The translations under genes and the position numbers were made by a program. 55,369 nucleotides of DNA. It comes from Girardia tigrina (lineage: Eukaryota). Below the pieces are notes generated by a model that ran no database searches, was not told where the DNA came from, and was given only the letters and a program-made list of their open reading frames with translations. Each line of letters opens with the position of its first letter. The first letter of the stretch is position 1. Positions 39,201-52,120 of the stretch are shown here, in pieces. The stretch is from assembly GCA_001938485.1 (NCBI GenBank), contig MQRK01183570.1, positions 1 to 55,369 on the forward strand. Reading direction: 5' to 3'.

Positions 39201-42200
39201 TCGTAAGAAAAGCATTTTTACATATAAGAACAATAAAAGAATTAGGAAAGTTTAATTACATTTCTCAATAAAATCCCTTTTTCAATATTATCGGTAAATA
39301 AAATTCTTTGTCACTTAAATCATGCTTATGATGATTTCTGAGAATAGCTAAACAAAGAAGCATCCCAGAAGAAAAATACATTTTGAGACTTATGTTAAAT
39401 TTAATGTATCATAAATATGCTGTAATTTGTGAACATGAATAATTCAAGTTATATTAAAAATGATAAAGATTTTATTTCATTGGCTCTTGACTTTTTAGAG
39501 TGTTGATTTTTACTATGTTTTGCTTATAAATACAGAAAAAGCATCAAATTTAATATTACGAGAATTGCGTCATTAGTTAAATGATAAGTCCTTGTTTCGT
39601 TTCAAAGAAGGTTCATTACTTCACGGATTACTAATCTGGATAAGAAGCCTATCAAGGTTACGTAATTAAAACAATAATACTGATATCTTATCCGTAAATA
39701 TGTTGCACAATTTAATCATTAAAGCAAAACATTGTTTGATAAATACCAAATAGAAATGAATTAAATTAATAAAAACTAAATTTTATTCACTCAAGTAAAT
39801 ATGATGTCTAGAAAACATATTGATGAATATTTGCATATGAAAATTATAAACATTGAATTGAATTAAGCGTAATTTGCTTTAGCGTATTATTTTCAAAAGT
39901 TGCTTGAAATCGAAATTTGATAATCTTTTGTAAAATATGACAAAACATATGTACGCGATGTTATGTTTGAGTAGAGTCTTCTAAATTATTAATTTCACCT
40001 TCAAAGTTGTATTTAGTTGAATGAAATGTAAACAGAGATTATTAAACCAACAAAACGAATTCAATGTCTGTGGTGTAAATGCCACTCGGATCAGAGAAAG
40101 TCCAAGATCGCGATCTCTGCCGATCCTTCCGGCCGCAATAATGAACCCACTCACTAGTCTATTGTAACTTAATCACTAATACCAGTTAAATATTGATTTG
40201 CTTTTAATTTAATCAAACAATGTAAATGATTTTAGCAGAAATGTTTCTGTAAAAATTTCTGAAAAATTAGACATATTTTACTGCTAAAATATCGATTTTA
40301 TGTTCTTACAATAAAGTGTACACACAATTCCTCGTTTGTCATCCATAAGAAATGAGAAAATGACAATACCGAAATAATCATAATTATTAACATTGGTCAC
40401 GTCTTTCGAATGTCTTTATCTGATTGAACAGTACAAAAGATTCACAGAAAGAATACACAGACAAATCATCGATTTTCAGCGATAATAAATCCCATTAATC
40501 GGCTTCTTAATCCAAGAATATTACCCAACATTAACGCAGACATCCTCTCTGCAACTTCACAAACCAACACATCTGTACACATTCTCAATGTTGTCTTTGA
40601 AACAATCCCTTTTCAAATTATTTCTCTCGAATACATCTCAAATTAAGATAAGCAGTGGGTGATACAAGCGACATATTTATTCAGCATTTTATAAATACTA
40701 CCATGGGAACGTAATTTAATTTTCATGAAATTCGACTTGTATTTTTATCTGTGAACAAGTGACATAAGATTTTAGTTTGTTTTGTTTGCATTTTACAAAG
40801 AGATTAACTAAATCATTGGATCAAAAGAATGAAAACAAAAATACTTGAAGCAATTTTCTTTGTAAATGGAATTCCAAATTCGATGAGCCGATCTGCCCAT
40901 ATATCCTGTGTAACGTTCAGGGTTTTTCGATAAATCAACATAGGTCGCACCATTAGTATTTTCGTCTATAATTCGATAATTTATCAGTTGGACTTGGCGA
41001 AGAATATTATCAGTTTTACCATCGATTTCACAAAAATTATCTTGTTGATCATCATATAAAGTCCAATTTTGCATGAGCTCTTTTTGAGTAGGACTAGGCG
41101 CTTTTTTTTAAGAAAATGAATACGTTAAATAGATCAAATTACCTAATGGAAATATCCAGATTGCCTAAACCACCGTGATTTTCATCCATGCACTCCGGGT
41201 GATGGAGTAAATTGGGAGTACCAAAATACTGTCAATTTTAGAAAAAAGTAAATAATGAAAAAATTGAAAATATCATTAATTTTAATTTATTAATTGGTTT
41301 AACTACAGTCTTAATTATACAATAAAAAAAAGTATTTAAAATTTGCAGAACATGGAAAAAAAATCCATTCATTTTGAAAAAAAAATCCACCGAAATATAT
41401 TGCAATTAAAATAAAGAATTTTACTTATTGTAGAAATCTTGTTAATTGTTTTATTGTGACACATTTTGCTTAAGCAACCAAACACTTCACTAAGCTTCAA
41501 ATCAACGTTCAAAAAATGATTATCTTATTTCTAAATATCATTATTTTCTAATATAAAAATAAAATAAGTCTCACAATGTTGAGTCTTGTGAACGCTAGTT
41601 TAAATTAATGATGAATTACACATTTAAAAAAATTAAAAAACCATTCTTTCTATATGTTATAGCAAAATACAACTACCCTGAAAATTTCATCTTGATAGCA
41701 TCCTGGGACGAGGGTTAAAATTGCGAAATGAGACTGGGCACGGGAAAATATGACACGAAAGCAAGTATATAGAAAGAAGGAAACAACTTAATTAAAGCAT
41801 TTTTGAAAATATGATCATAAGAAACATTTGTATTGATGAATGTTCTTATATCATCAGCAGCTACATTTTTTTTAAAACTAATCAAAATGAAAATAATATG
41901 GTTATATATTTTAAATATTTAAGTATTTTAATTATTAAGACTTTACTTTTTCTATTTTGAATGTTAATTAATGACTTATTGAAGTGTTTAATAAAGAGAT
42001 TCACAGAAAGACAGCTAGAAATGTAAATAGATACCCTTTTGTTGAACAGAAAACTAATCTTTTGAAATGAATGTAGTTCTATTCTTACAACACAATCAGT
42101 GTTCTAGAACGTTATTCAACCAATTTGATTGTGAATAATATATATAATGAAAAATGTACACAAACAAACAAAAACATTCAAAAATAGTACAACATTGAAC

Positions 42201-45200
42201 AAATGAGATGCTCATACATGGTTTAAGAAAGGTTTAAAAGAATAAAATATTGAAGAACACAAACAGATTATTAAAATATCCTATTCTATAAAATCATATA
42301 TCATAAACTTGAATTGAAGAACGATCATGAGAGAGATGGGATAAATCCATTAAAGACCTTGAATAAAGAACTCTCATTTGTGTATATTTCTGGCGAGAGG
42401 TCAAAAGAAATATTGAATGAATTCAAAGTTTTTTGGTTGACAGACATTAACCCTTAAATGCATGATTTTTTATTTTTTCGTGTGAATATTTGATGACAGC
42501 TAAAGAATTTTGACGTTTATATCAATATTGGCGGGAGTTTTGACATGTTTTGTTATAATCGTCATAGACAAAAATGTACAAAGATAATTTATTTACAAAG
42601 GACAGCAATTATTTACACAAACTGGATGCATGGCACTTTCAAACGTTTGTTGTATCATTTTTGATACAAGATGCATTCAAGGGTTAAAATGAAAAATAGA
42701 TTTAATGATCTTTACCCCATTGTACGAAAAGTGTCGGGTTTACAAAAGGACAACAAAAACATGGAATCACAATTGTTCTTTCATGTGACAAACAAAACGG
42801 ACTAGGGTTCTGAAAGATCGCAGTCGCGACCAGGCTAAAGGATTACAAATAACGATTTAAATGATTTGACTTAAGACCATTAATAACATAAAAATTGTCA
42901 TTAATAAAAAAAGAAATCTAATTAAAATTGTGTTTAATTACCTTACCATTTTATCATATTTTTATTGATTTGTAAAAAATTTATTGCTGATGTAAGAAAA
43001 CCAATCGAAACAAGTGTATCATGTTAAAAATTGCAAAATGTTAAGCTTACATTTTATATTAAAAAATTAATTCAAAGTTACATCTTTCTGTATTTAATAA
43101 GTTTTAATTGAATATTGTAAAGATGTTTGCTTTTTCTTGTTTTTCAAGAACATGTTTCCTGTAGAAAGACATGACGTCATAAGTTAAATATGTGACATGT
43201 GGGGTGAGTAAGGAGTCACTAAGGTTTGTTTAAACGAGACATCTGGTGGTGTGTTCATCTGTGTACCATTTCGTGCAGTGACACGAGTAGAACTACGGTT
43301 ATATAATTATCTAGCACTGAAGAATCTTCTAGACCATGAGTCAAGAATCAGTATCACCATTTTGAATAATATAATTCCATTATCGTCCTTCACTTGATGG
43401 ACTCAGGAACAGAACTTGGAATTTATAATACTTCGGTAGAAATATCTTGACGACAACTTGATAAACTAGATCAGGGGTCTCCAAACTTTTTTCAATGCGG
43501 GCCGGATGGACCATTTGAAGATAGTCCCCGGGCCAAATATATAAATTATGGGATTAAAAACGCATAATCAGTGGATACACACATAAATGATAAGTGTATT
43601 AATAATATTAACATAAATTTATAATTGTACTTGCTGGATCAAAATGCATAAAAATAAATCCCTACAAGTGACTTGACAACTTTAAAAAATCATTATTAAT
43701 CATGTTCTCAAGAAAAAGAGATTAAAAATTATAATTTGTCCCTTTAGTATGAAATATTTCTAATAAGCAGTAAATAAATCACGTAGAAAACAGATTAATC
43801 ATAAATCTGTCACTATATACAGGCAACATTATATTTTATGACGACGAATAGATTCATTCCTTTTCTTAAAAAACCTCAAAAATTATTCAACTGAAAACAA
43901 ATCAATATTGCCGAAAATTGTTAACATTTGATTGTCTTGCTAAAGTAATAACTGATTGCAAATACAGATGGGATGGGATTGTAATTAGCAATGACAATCT
44001 GCGATGGCTGACATGTAAACGATTGTAGGGTGACAATTCTCTTCCTTGTCAACAGAATTACTTGTTTAAATACACATATTTCAAAATTCTTGACAAAAAA
44101 TTATTTGCTTTATTTACAAATAAATTTTGCAGTATTTTACTGTTGAATTATTGAAAGATTCATTTTTTTAATTAATGTCGTTTTCTTTTAAGAGCAAGCG
44201 CTCGAATTCAGTCGTTGTGGTTGCTCTAGCAATGTATTGTTCATAAATTGATCTTGTAAATAAATTGGTTCTCTTTCAGTCATTCAGTTAAATCGCTTCT
44301 CAAAATTACAAGGCGAGATTACAAAATTTAGTTGATTGTGAGAATAATCCTTTAAAAAAGGTTGTAAATAAGGAAAGGGACTGCTGAAAAAGCTTAAAGT
44401 GAATTTTGTCTGTATTGAAATGTAACGAAAATAATACATAATACATTGCTTGTAATGACGATCGCATTTACATATTTTATCAATCGTTTTTTGGATTATT
44501 CAATCATTTTTTCATCACATTTCGGAACAAAAAAATATTTTAATTATTTGAAAAAAGTAATTATAATTTTAACTATAATCCTTTATTAAATTCACTACAT
44601 GTTTAATTATAAATAGAATCTGTGGGTTATTTTTGTCTAATTTAAATTAAATAATAATATAATTTATTTTATAATTTTAAATAACAATATTTTAATTTTT
44701 ACAATTACATTTCCCAATGCTTATTTTAATACAGATTAACCGTTTGTACTTTTTCTTAAAATTTTTTATTCTCTCAACGAACCAAAACAACTGATGAGTT
44801 CTTTTTAGAACGAAATGCGCTGTGAATAAATAATAGTTCTTTTTGTTCTATTTTTAAAGAAATAGTGATTATAAATTTTATTATCAGAATTTATTATTAC
44901 TATTCTAAGATTTAGACAGAATGAAGAAATTTTATTGTATTTCGTCAGTAATCGATAATTTTTCGTCAAACTGGCGCATAGTTGACAGAATACACTGTTT
45001 TATCAGATTAATAAATTTAGTAAACCATGTCAATTTTATAACGTTGAAGGCATTAGAGTTTTGGTTAAATGGAAAAGAAATAGATATGTATGAATATAAT
45101 GACATTTTTTCATTTTAAATTGAGATTTTGTATTTCGATTTGGGAATTTTTATTTTGAAATAATTCTTCTATTTTGGAATCATCATTTCCTGTTATTATT

Positions 45201-48200
45201 TGCTTAATTTTACATTTGTTTTACAGTGAAACTATAATTTAGCGTAGAGGTAAATCTCCTTTTGCGATGTTTCGTTCAACGAGGGAGTCTTGTGAGAAGG
45301 AAACCCGTCGCAAAATGAGATTTACATATATTTGCAATTATTTAAATACAGGTAAACCTCGTTTGTGCAAATGATTCCCTTCCGCAAGACTCAAGCGTAA
45401 AGCAAAACGGCGCTTATCTATATACCCATTCTTACGGGATGACGTACGGCGCATATAAATGTAGAATAGGCGCGCTATCAATATCTACTTATTTACTAAA
45501 AAATAAAAATAATTGGAAATCAAAACACATACTCTCAAATCAGAATACAAATCAATTTAAAATGAAAAAAAATCTCAATTTAAGTTGAAGCCTCTATAAA
45601 GTCAAGTGAAGGGGAGTGTTAAGAGTGAAAAGTTTCATATCATGCGTTAACAGAATGAAAAGTAGGGACCGCCCCGGCAAATCGAATCGTTTTCTCGACA
45701 GATAATTGTCAATAGTTGGTTAATTAAGACGGAATATTGGTTGCTGTGAATTGTATTTCCCTTTTATTTTCAATTTATTTAAAACCCACTGTTACCAGAC
45801 GAAAAATCAATATCTTTAGTAAATTAACGTCATTTATGATTGATAAAAATAAACAATAAAAAACAAAACGTTAAGTGAAAATAAAAAATCTTTAACGAAT
45901 ACAAACTAACGATTAGGCAACTCGTTCTAGTACGCATTCTATTCTAAATTAATTAATCGGAATATGATAAATTACATTTAATATGAAAGCAGAACTAAAG
46001 TTCATTCTTCAAAAGAAATATTTTCTAAAAATTTATTTTTTCATTCGAAAAAACAATCAGCAAAAAATTCCAAATTTATTGGTTTATTATAAATATTTTA
46101 CCAAAATAATAACAATTTTCGGTAACTTAAAAAAAAACATTTGTTTATTTATCACTTACCAGGGTGATTCAAAAGTTTTTTTTGTTTTCCCACTCATATT
46201 TTCAAAATACCAAAGTAAACAGAACACATTTATTCTTCGAAATACAGACCTTTATTTTCGATGGTTTTCAACCCTCTTTCAGTCAGTTGCTCGATTGCAC
46301 GGGTATACCCCTCTGTCGTTTTGGAAGCAAAGAAATTTCGGCTCCCTTGTTCAACCTTTCGAACTGCCGCCCTTTGAGAAAATGCACCATTGCCAAAAAG
46401 AGGTGGTATTTGTTGGGGGCAAGGTCGGCTGTAGGCAGTGTGGCAAAACTTCGATTTCCTGCAGTTCATGCACTTTACCACGAATCCAACGTGTATTGTG
46501 TGCCGGAACGTTGTCTTGTTGTAGAAGAACTCGGTTACGATTGACCAAACCCGGGTAACAGTCACAGAGAGTGGCGTAAACTCTGTCCAGCTGCTGAGTG
46601 TAGAGATTGGTATTCACAGTACGCCCCTCCTAACCAGCTTGAATTCCACCATACACAACACATAACTTTGCAATCGATGCGTCCTTGTTTAACCATGGGT
46701 TTGGAGGGCATACCAGGATAGAGACTGATTCTCCTTGTTTTGATTACAAAAAATATCCACCTTTCATCCCGTTACGATCCTTCTGAAGAAGTGCATGTCA
46801 TGAGGGTGAAAAAGCAATTCTTTGTAGAAATCAAGTCGTTGTTGTGCAAGAGTGGCTGTCAGTTCGTGAGGAATTCGTCGAGACCATCTATTGACAAGAC
46901 CAAGCTGATGAAGATAACGTTGAATAGTGGTTTGTGATGGTGCACGGCTGCTCCTCCACAGCTTGACATAAAGGGTCATCACCAACAACAGATGGTCGCC
47001 AAGAACGAAATTGGTCTTCCAAATTAATATCACCACTGTAGAAACGCTTGAACCACAATTATGACACACGAACACTGACCGTACCTTCGCCTTCAACTTC
47101 ACACATTTCCCGGGCTGATGCAGCTGCGTTTTAGCTTTTTTTTCCAGTAATGTCGCAAAAGGGCTCTAATTCTGTATTTTTCGCTCCCCATAATTCCATA
47201 AGAATAAATAAACAAACAAACGTTTAATGAATAAACCAACACTACACGAGGAGATTCGTCATGCAATACCACAATAAATAATATAAACAACTTTATTAAT
47301 TGATTAACAAAGGGTATGAATAAACGCAGCAGATAAATGCCCATATTGAATTTTGCAATTACTAAAACAAATTTAATGTTTAAATTAATTTATTTAATGT
47401 TAAATTTTATATGGGAAAAAGTAAAAAATCAATCGATGCAAAAGCGAATAGACGCATAGCGGTGCTTTGGTGTATAATTTATCTAATGATCATTCTTTAT
47501 TCGTTTAACCCGTAACAATAAAATAGATAATTTACAGATCTTCAAATAGTGACAATTTCTAATAAGATATTATTTGAAATCTTATGCCTAGCTGTATATT
47601 CCTATAGCCATTATTAACATATTGCTGTTATTTTTTAGAATATTTACGGTGCTAAATTAATAATGGAAAAAATTAAAATTCNNNNNNNNNNNNNNNNNNN
47701 NNNNNNNNNNNNNNNNNNNNNNNNNNNNNNNNNNNNNNNNNNNNNNNNNNNNNNNNNNNNNNNNNNNNNNNNNNNNNNNNNNNNNNNNNNNNNNNNNNNN
47801 NNNNNNNNNNNNNNNNNNNNNNNNNNNNNNNNNNNNNNNNNNNNNNNNNNNNNNNNNNNNNNNNNNNNNNNNNNNNNNNNNNNNNNNNNNNNNNNNNNNN
47901 NNNNNNNNNNNNNNNNNNNNNNNNNNNNNNNNNNNNNNNNNNNNNNNNNNNNNNNNNNNNNNNNNNNNNNNNNNNNNNNNNNNNNNNNNNNNNNNNNNNN
48001 NNNNNNNNNNNNNNNNNNNNNNNNNNNNNNNNNNNNNNNNNNNNNNNNNNNNNNNNNNNNNNNNNNNNNNNNNNNNNNNNNNNNNNNNNNNNNNNNNNNN
48101 NNNNNNNNNNNNNNNNNNNNNNNNNNNNNNNNNNNNNNNNNNNNNNNNNNNNNNNNNNNNNNNNNNNNNNNNNNNNNNNNNNNNNNNNNNNNNNNNNNNN

Positions 48201-51200
48201 NNNNNNNNNNNNNNNNNNNNNNNNNNNNNNNNNNNNNNNNNNNNNNNNNNNNNNNNNNNNNNNAAATTGAAAACCCTTTGTCCGGGATTGGTCAATCGAA
48301 AAAGTCCCATCCTTCTTCATGATAACGCTAGACCTCATATTTCAAAAGTGACTCTTCAAAAGCTCAATGAGTTGGGCTATGACACCCTGCTTCATCCACC
48401 ATATTCACCAGACCTCTCGCCAACGGACTTCTACTTTTTCAGGCATTTGTAGAACTTCTACGTGAAAAAATTTTCAAAAACCAAAATGATGCTCAAAATG
48501 CCTTCTAAGAATTCGTCGCTTCGAGAACCGATGCATTTTATGCTGATGGAATAAAACAACTTGTTTCTCGTTGGCAAAAATGTATTGATGCCAACGGTTC
48601 ATACTTTGATTAATAAACTTTTGTTTCTGTGAATTTGCACGTCTTTGAAGTTTGTGTCCCAAAACCGCCATTATTTTTCGATCAACCTAATACTATTTGA
48701 AAGCCGTAAATATTAAAATGCAATTAGTAAATATCAATAACAAATAGAAGAACGAAAATAATCTCGAAAATTTGTAAAAGCAGTAAGTGCCAGGTCCCAA
48801 TTAGTTCAGATAATCAATAAAGATCATTGATCAATTGCCCGATGTAAAGTTACAAAAACTTGTAATCATAGTGAGTGCCCAAAATCATATCAGTGTTCTT
48901 AATAATTGGAAATAAGAGAGCAAAAAATAGAGAAAATTATCCTTGAAATTTCCAGAACACATCATCATTAACCGGTGAATTATATGGGAATTACCAAAGA
49001 AAATTTTCAACAAAAAAAAATTCATTTAAAAAATGTCCGAGTTAAAATATGAAAATTTTGTGAATATAAATAAAAAATAATTATTATTTGGAAATTAAAT
49101 TTTTTTAAATGGGCTTAATTCAACAAAAATTAGGCCGAAAATCATTTTACAAAATCAAATTATATTGACCTTAGATTTCTGGTGCTCAATTACGGCCGGA
49201 TCGTCCTCCTGGAGCCCTCTTGGGACCTCCTGCGGTCCACATCCCTTCACGTGACAATCCCTAAGCGAACACCGGCTATCATCGACCCAAAACGGACATT
49301 CCTTATTCAAATTTATCTACCGAAAATTAATTATTATTGCTATCAATAAAATACGAAATTCTTCTGTATTGTCTTAAACAAACACTTTTTTCAAAACTTT
49401 TTCTTAACCAGTAATTTTTAAATGATTTATTAAGACAATTTTTTTACAAATAAGTTTCATATGATTAGAGTAATACTTGTTAATCAGTTGATAGAATACG
49501 CGATAGGGATATGTCAATTGGTTTGACCGAGGCGCGTGTGGTACTGGTGTATAATAGTCGAAAGGTGTACATGAGGTAAAAAGAGTATTAAACTCTGAAA
49601 TCGCCTCTGGAAATAGAAAAGTCAGCGGTCGTAAAAAGCAGTTGATGAAAGGGCGCATTGCCTGCGATATGCTCTGGATATTTGATGACCAAACTAGCGC
49701 TCGTCTTAGACCTTCCATGAGATTTCTTTCACACAGTATCATAATACATCTATCATTATCAGCATCTAATCTAATCCCGAATCAGTATTTCTTTGTATCT
49801 TTTTTCTTTAAATGAACATTATTTGTTAAGTGGTCTGAATATGTATGCAAGTTTTGAAGTCACTAGCATAATGAAAAGTAGCTTACATCGAAGGTAAAAA
49901 AAATTGTACATTACTGACAGAGTCAAAGAGAGATGGAAGCCGGTCGTTTCATCATATGCTGCAATCTGAGTCAATTTTCCTAAACTAAAATATGTATTTA
50001 AGTTATTATAATTTTTCCTATTTTATTTTAATCCCGAATCAGTATTTCTTTGTATCTATTGGGAATATCGGAATTAATTTTGCTTGATAGTGGCGGGAGA
50101 GAAGGTAAATGGTGTTTTTAACCAATAAATTTTGTTAAAAATTTAAAAATAAAATAGGAAAATTTATAATAAATAAAATAAATTTTAGTTTATGAAAATT
50201 GATTCAGATGGCAGCATATGATGAAACGACCGGAATCCGTCTCTCTGTGATTCTGTCAGTAACGTACAATTTATTTACCTTCGATTTAAGCTACTTTTCA
50301 TTACTCTGGTGACTTCAAAACTTGCATACATATTCAGACCACTTAACAAATAATGTTCATTTAAAGAAAATATTAAAAAATCTAAAAAAATAGAAGCTAA
50401 TCAAATAATATCAATCAAAGCAAATATAGAAACAATGAAGATAGAAAATAGAAATCGCTTTCTATGTATTTTGCAAAAAATTTGAATTTTCTTTTGTGCT
50501 TAATTATGGGCTTTAAAATTTGTGTAATAGTGCTCCGTATTCAAAACTTGATAATCCCTTTAATTTTTAATTCACATTTATAGAGAATATGTGAAAAGAA
50601 GGCCTTTAATTTATTTTTAACTTTACTTGTTTTCTTCAATTTTCATTACAAATCGTTTAGAAAATACTTGAAATGCAAAAAATGTTTTCTTTATTGGAAA
50701 ACAGAGGTGTTTGCTTGACTTTTTTTCCATTTTATTGATTTTAATTACCACATTTGCAAAAAAAATAATTTAAGTAAATAATTTTAATCAATAAAAAATT
50801 CTTCATTTAATTTTTGATTGTCTTTAAAATATTAAAAGCTAATTTAAATTTAAAAATAATTATGATAGGTAAAAATAAAATGTTAATAATAAAAGCGTCA
50901 TTAAATCGAGTGTCTTAGCCATGTGTTGTACTGGAACACCAGATTATGGAATTCAAAATATCAATTGATGCGACAAGTATTACTTTGATCATAATACTAT
51001 TTTTTCAGAAAAATAAAATTATATTTTTCATGAAAAATGATGAAAATCATTTTTAAAATATTTGGCAAGAAAACTTTGAAAAAAAATATTTTCTAGGTTA
51101 AGGGAAATCCGAACAGGGCTGGACTTTACTTCTCATCACCAAATATTAATAATAACTAATAAAAAATTTATAAATAATATATTGAAAAAAAATTATAATT

Positions 51201-52120
51201 CATAAGAATTAATAAATAAAATTGAATAAATATAAACATAAATAATAAAAAAATTATAAAATAAAAAATTAACTAATAATATAATGTTGTAAATAATATA
51301 TTAAATAAAAATACAATAAATTCATGAGAATTAATAAATAAAATTGAATAAAAATAAATAACAAATAAAAATTATAATAATTCATAAAGATAAATAAATA
51401 ATAAAATTAAATAAAAATTATTATACTTGAAAAATAATAAAATTTAAGAAAATGAAATAATAAATAAAAAATTATAAGAAATCATAAAAAATAATAAAAT
51501 TTAATAAGAATAAATAATAAATAAAAATTAATAAATAATGAAAATGAATAAAAATAAAAAATAAATAAAATTATAAGATTTCAAAAATAATAAAATTTAT
51601 AAAAATTCATAAAAAATAATAAATTAAAATTATAACAATTCATAAGAATTAATAAATAATACAAAATAATAAAATATGAATAAAATTTAGTAAATAATAA
51701 ATTTGAATTAAAATAAATAATAATTATCAAAAAATAAAACAATAACTCAGAACATATAGGCAAAATGATAAGCAAAGTGAAGCCCCAAAAATTCGCCCCA
51801 GAAAATCAATAAAACAATATTTATAATCGATTATCTAATGATCACTTTAAAGTATCGGAAATAGTCCTTCAACAAGAGACTCTCGAGGATCGGATAGAGC
51901 TTCTGGTTGTTGTATTCCTCGAGAGCGTTCACGGAGCAATTACAATCATCGACCGACTCGTTTAACTTTATCGATTCGATGATTAATTTCGGTTAATTCG
52001 ACGCCGTATTCATAACAGAAAACAAATTACCTTACAAAAACACCGATCGACTGCAGTGAAATCGTAGCATTGAAAGCAAAGCAGCGAAATCAAGAAAGAT
52101 AATGTCACTTTCAAATTCAT
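27201..52120 (-). CDS. ERO1: Endoplasmic reticulum oxidoreductin ERO1, about 10 exons, about 450 aa
   Basis: Exons 52120-52031 (signal peptide + RCFCK), 51965-51846, 49316-49170 (CPFW...CSLRDC shuttle Cys), 41228-41143, 41093-41020, 40965-40845 (NPERYTGY...[11 protein letters not shown]), 32824-32726 ([15 protein letters not shown]), 32678-32435, 32384-32082 (CVGCDKC active site) and 27261-27201 (RLSTSVK...stop). All introns are GT-AG and phases are consistent except the exon 6/7 junction. Confidence 0.93.
27544..28006 (+). mobile_element. Solo LTR (TGTGAG family) in ERO1 intron 9
   Basis: TGTGAGG...CTTAACA; TSD AAGGG/AAGGA; an empty-site paralog lies at about 28457-28530. Confidence 0.88.
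29219..29483. mobile_element. piggyBac-type MITE
   Basis: TTAA|CACTAGTTTTACG...CGTAAATCGAGTG|TTAA. Confidence 0.7.
30308..31597 (-). mobile_element. Mariner (DD34D) element, copy B (same family as copy A, pseudogenised)
   Basis: Same TIR; TA TSDs; [10 protein letters not shown]...ITGDEKW...HDSTRPH...YSPDLAPSD; internal stop after MTTI and a C-terminal frameshift. Confidence 0.95.
31634..31842. mobile_element. Tc1/mariner MITE
   Basis: TA|CAGGGTGGCCCAATGGGTACGCAGCCTCTAATTTTTGC ... reverse complement|TA; about 38-bp TIRs. Confidence 0.92.
32082..32824 (-). CDS. ERO1: ERO1 exons 7-9 (introns of 47 and 50 nt)
   Basis: [22 protein letters not shown] / [12 protein letters not shown]...[15 protein letters not shown] / [24 protein letters not shown]...[11 protein letters not shown]. 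Confidence 0.93.
34234..34902 (+). mobile_element. 5'-truncated retroposed insert (non-LTR element or retrocopy) encoding three C2H2 zinc fingers
   Basis: 11-bp TSD ATAAATGGAAG (34223-34233, 34903-34913); polyA 34895-34902; fingers CPMDAC..H..H, CQHC..H..H and an out-of-frame CPFRGC-x12-H-x4-H. Confidence 0.85.
36354..36793. mobile_element. Probable piggyBac-type MITE
   Basis: CCCCTTAAC...GTTAATGGG|TTAA; left TTAA imperfect. Confidence 0.45.
40845..41228 (-). CDS. ERO1: ERO1 exons 4-6 (introns of 49 and 54 nt)
   Basis: YFGTP...LGNLDISIS / [24 protein letters not shown] / [22 protein letters not shown]...ENCF. Confidence 0.9.
42451..42683. mobile_element. piggyBac-type MITE
   Basis: TTAA|CCCTTAAATGCAT...ATGCATTCAAGGG|TTAA. 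Confidence 0.85.
43472..43540 (+). mobile_element. hAT (Charlie-like) terminus, single end
   Basis: CAGGGGTCTCCAAACTTTT...GCGGGCCG typical terminal motif; no partner end found. Confidence 0.6.
44781..44830 (+). ncRNA. Degenerate hammerhead ribozyme core (Penelope-like pLTR relic)
   Basis: CTGATGA (44791) - GTTCT/TTTT/AGAAC stem II - GAAA (44812), then TGCGC and AATAAA; helices I and III do not pair well. Confidence 0.5.
46159..47192 (-). pseudogene. Decayed mariner element
   Basis: [43 protein letters not shown] in shifting frames; TA|CCAGGGTGATTC end at 46159. Confidence 0.8.
47663..48690 (+). mobile_element. Mariner element (mostly N, premature stop)
   Basis: MEKIKI...HDNARPH...[16 protein letters not shown]...[13 protein letters not shown]; 3' TIR ...GATCAACCTAA|TA. 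Confidence 0.88.
49170..49316 (-). CDS. ERO1: ERO1 exon 3
   Basis: ggtag|[49 protein letters not shown]|gtcaat. Confidence 0.92.
49500..49765 (+). pseudogene. Possible RTE-type LINE ORF2 C-terminal relic
   Basis: VNWF...[22 protein letters not shown]...IACDM resembles the RTE 'WFGHV...GKR.RGRP' region. Confidence 0.4.
49802..50370. repeat. Inverted repeat, about 230-bp diverged arms
   Basis: About 49802-50031 vs about 50141-50370 reverse complement; the left arm is bracketed by a 29-bp direct repeat. Confidence 0.9.
51140..51745. repeat. AT low-complexity (AATAA-rich) tract
   Basis: Almost exclusively A/T degenerate short repeats. Confidence 0.85.
51846..52120 (-). CDS. ERO1: ERO1 exons 1-2 (65-nt intron 51966-52030)
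   Basis: [30 protein letters not shown] | [40 protein letters not shown]; not in the ORF track. Confidence 0.9.

Noticed and set aside
51581-51775. Hydrophobic ORF
   Set aside because: Translation of a low-complexity AT tract.
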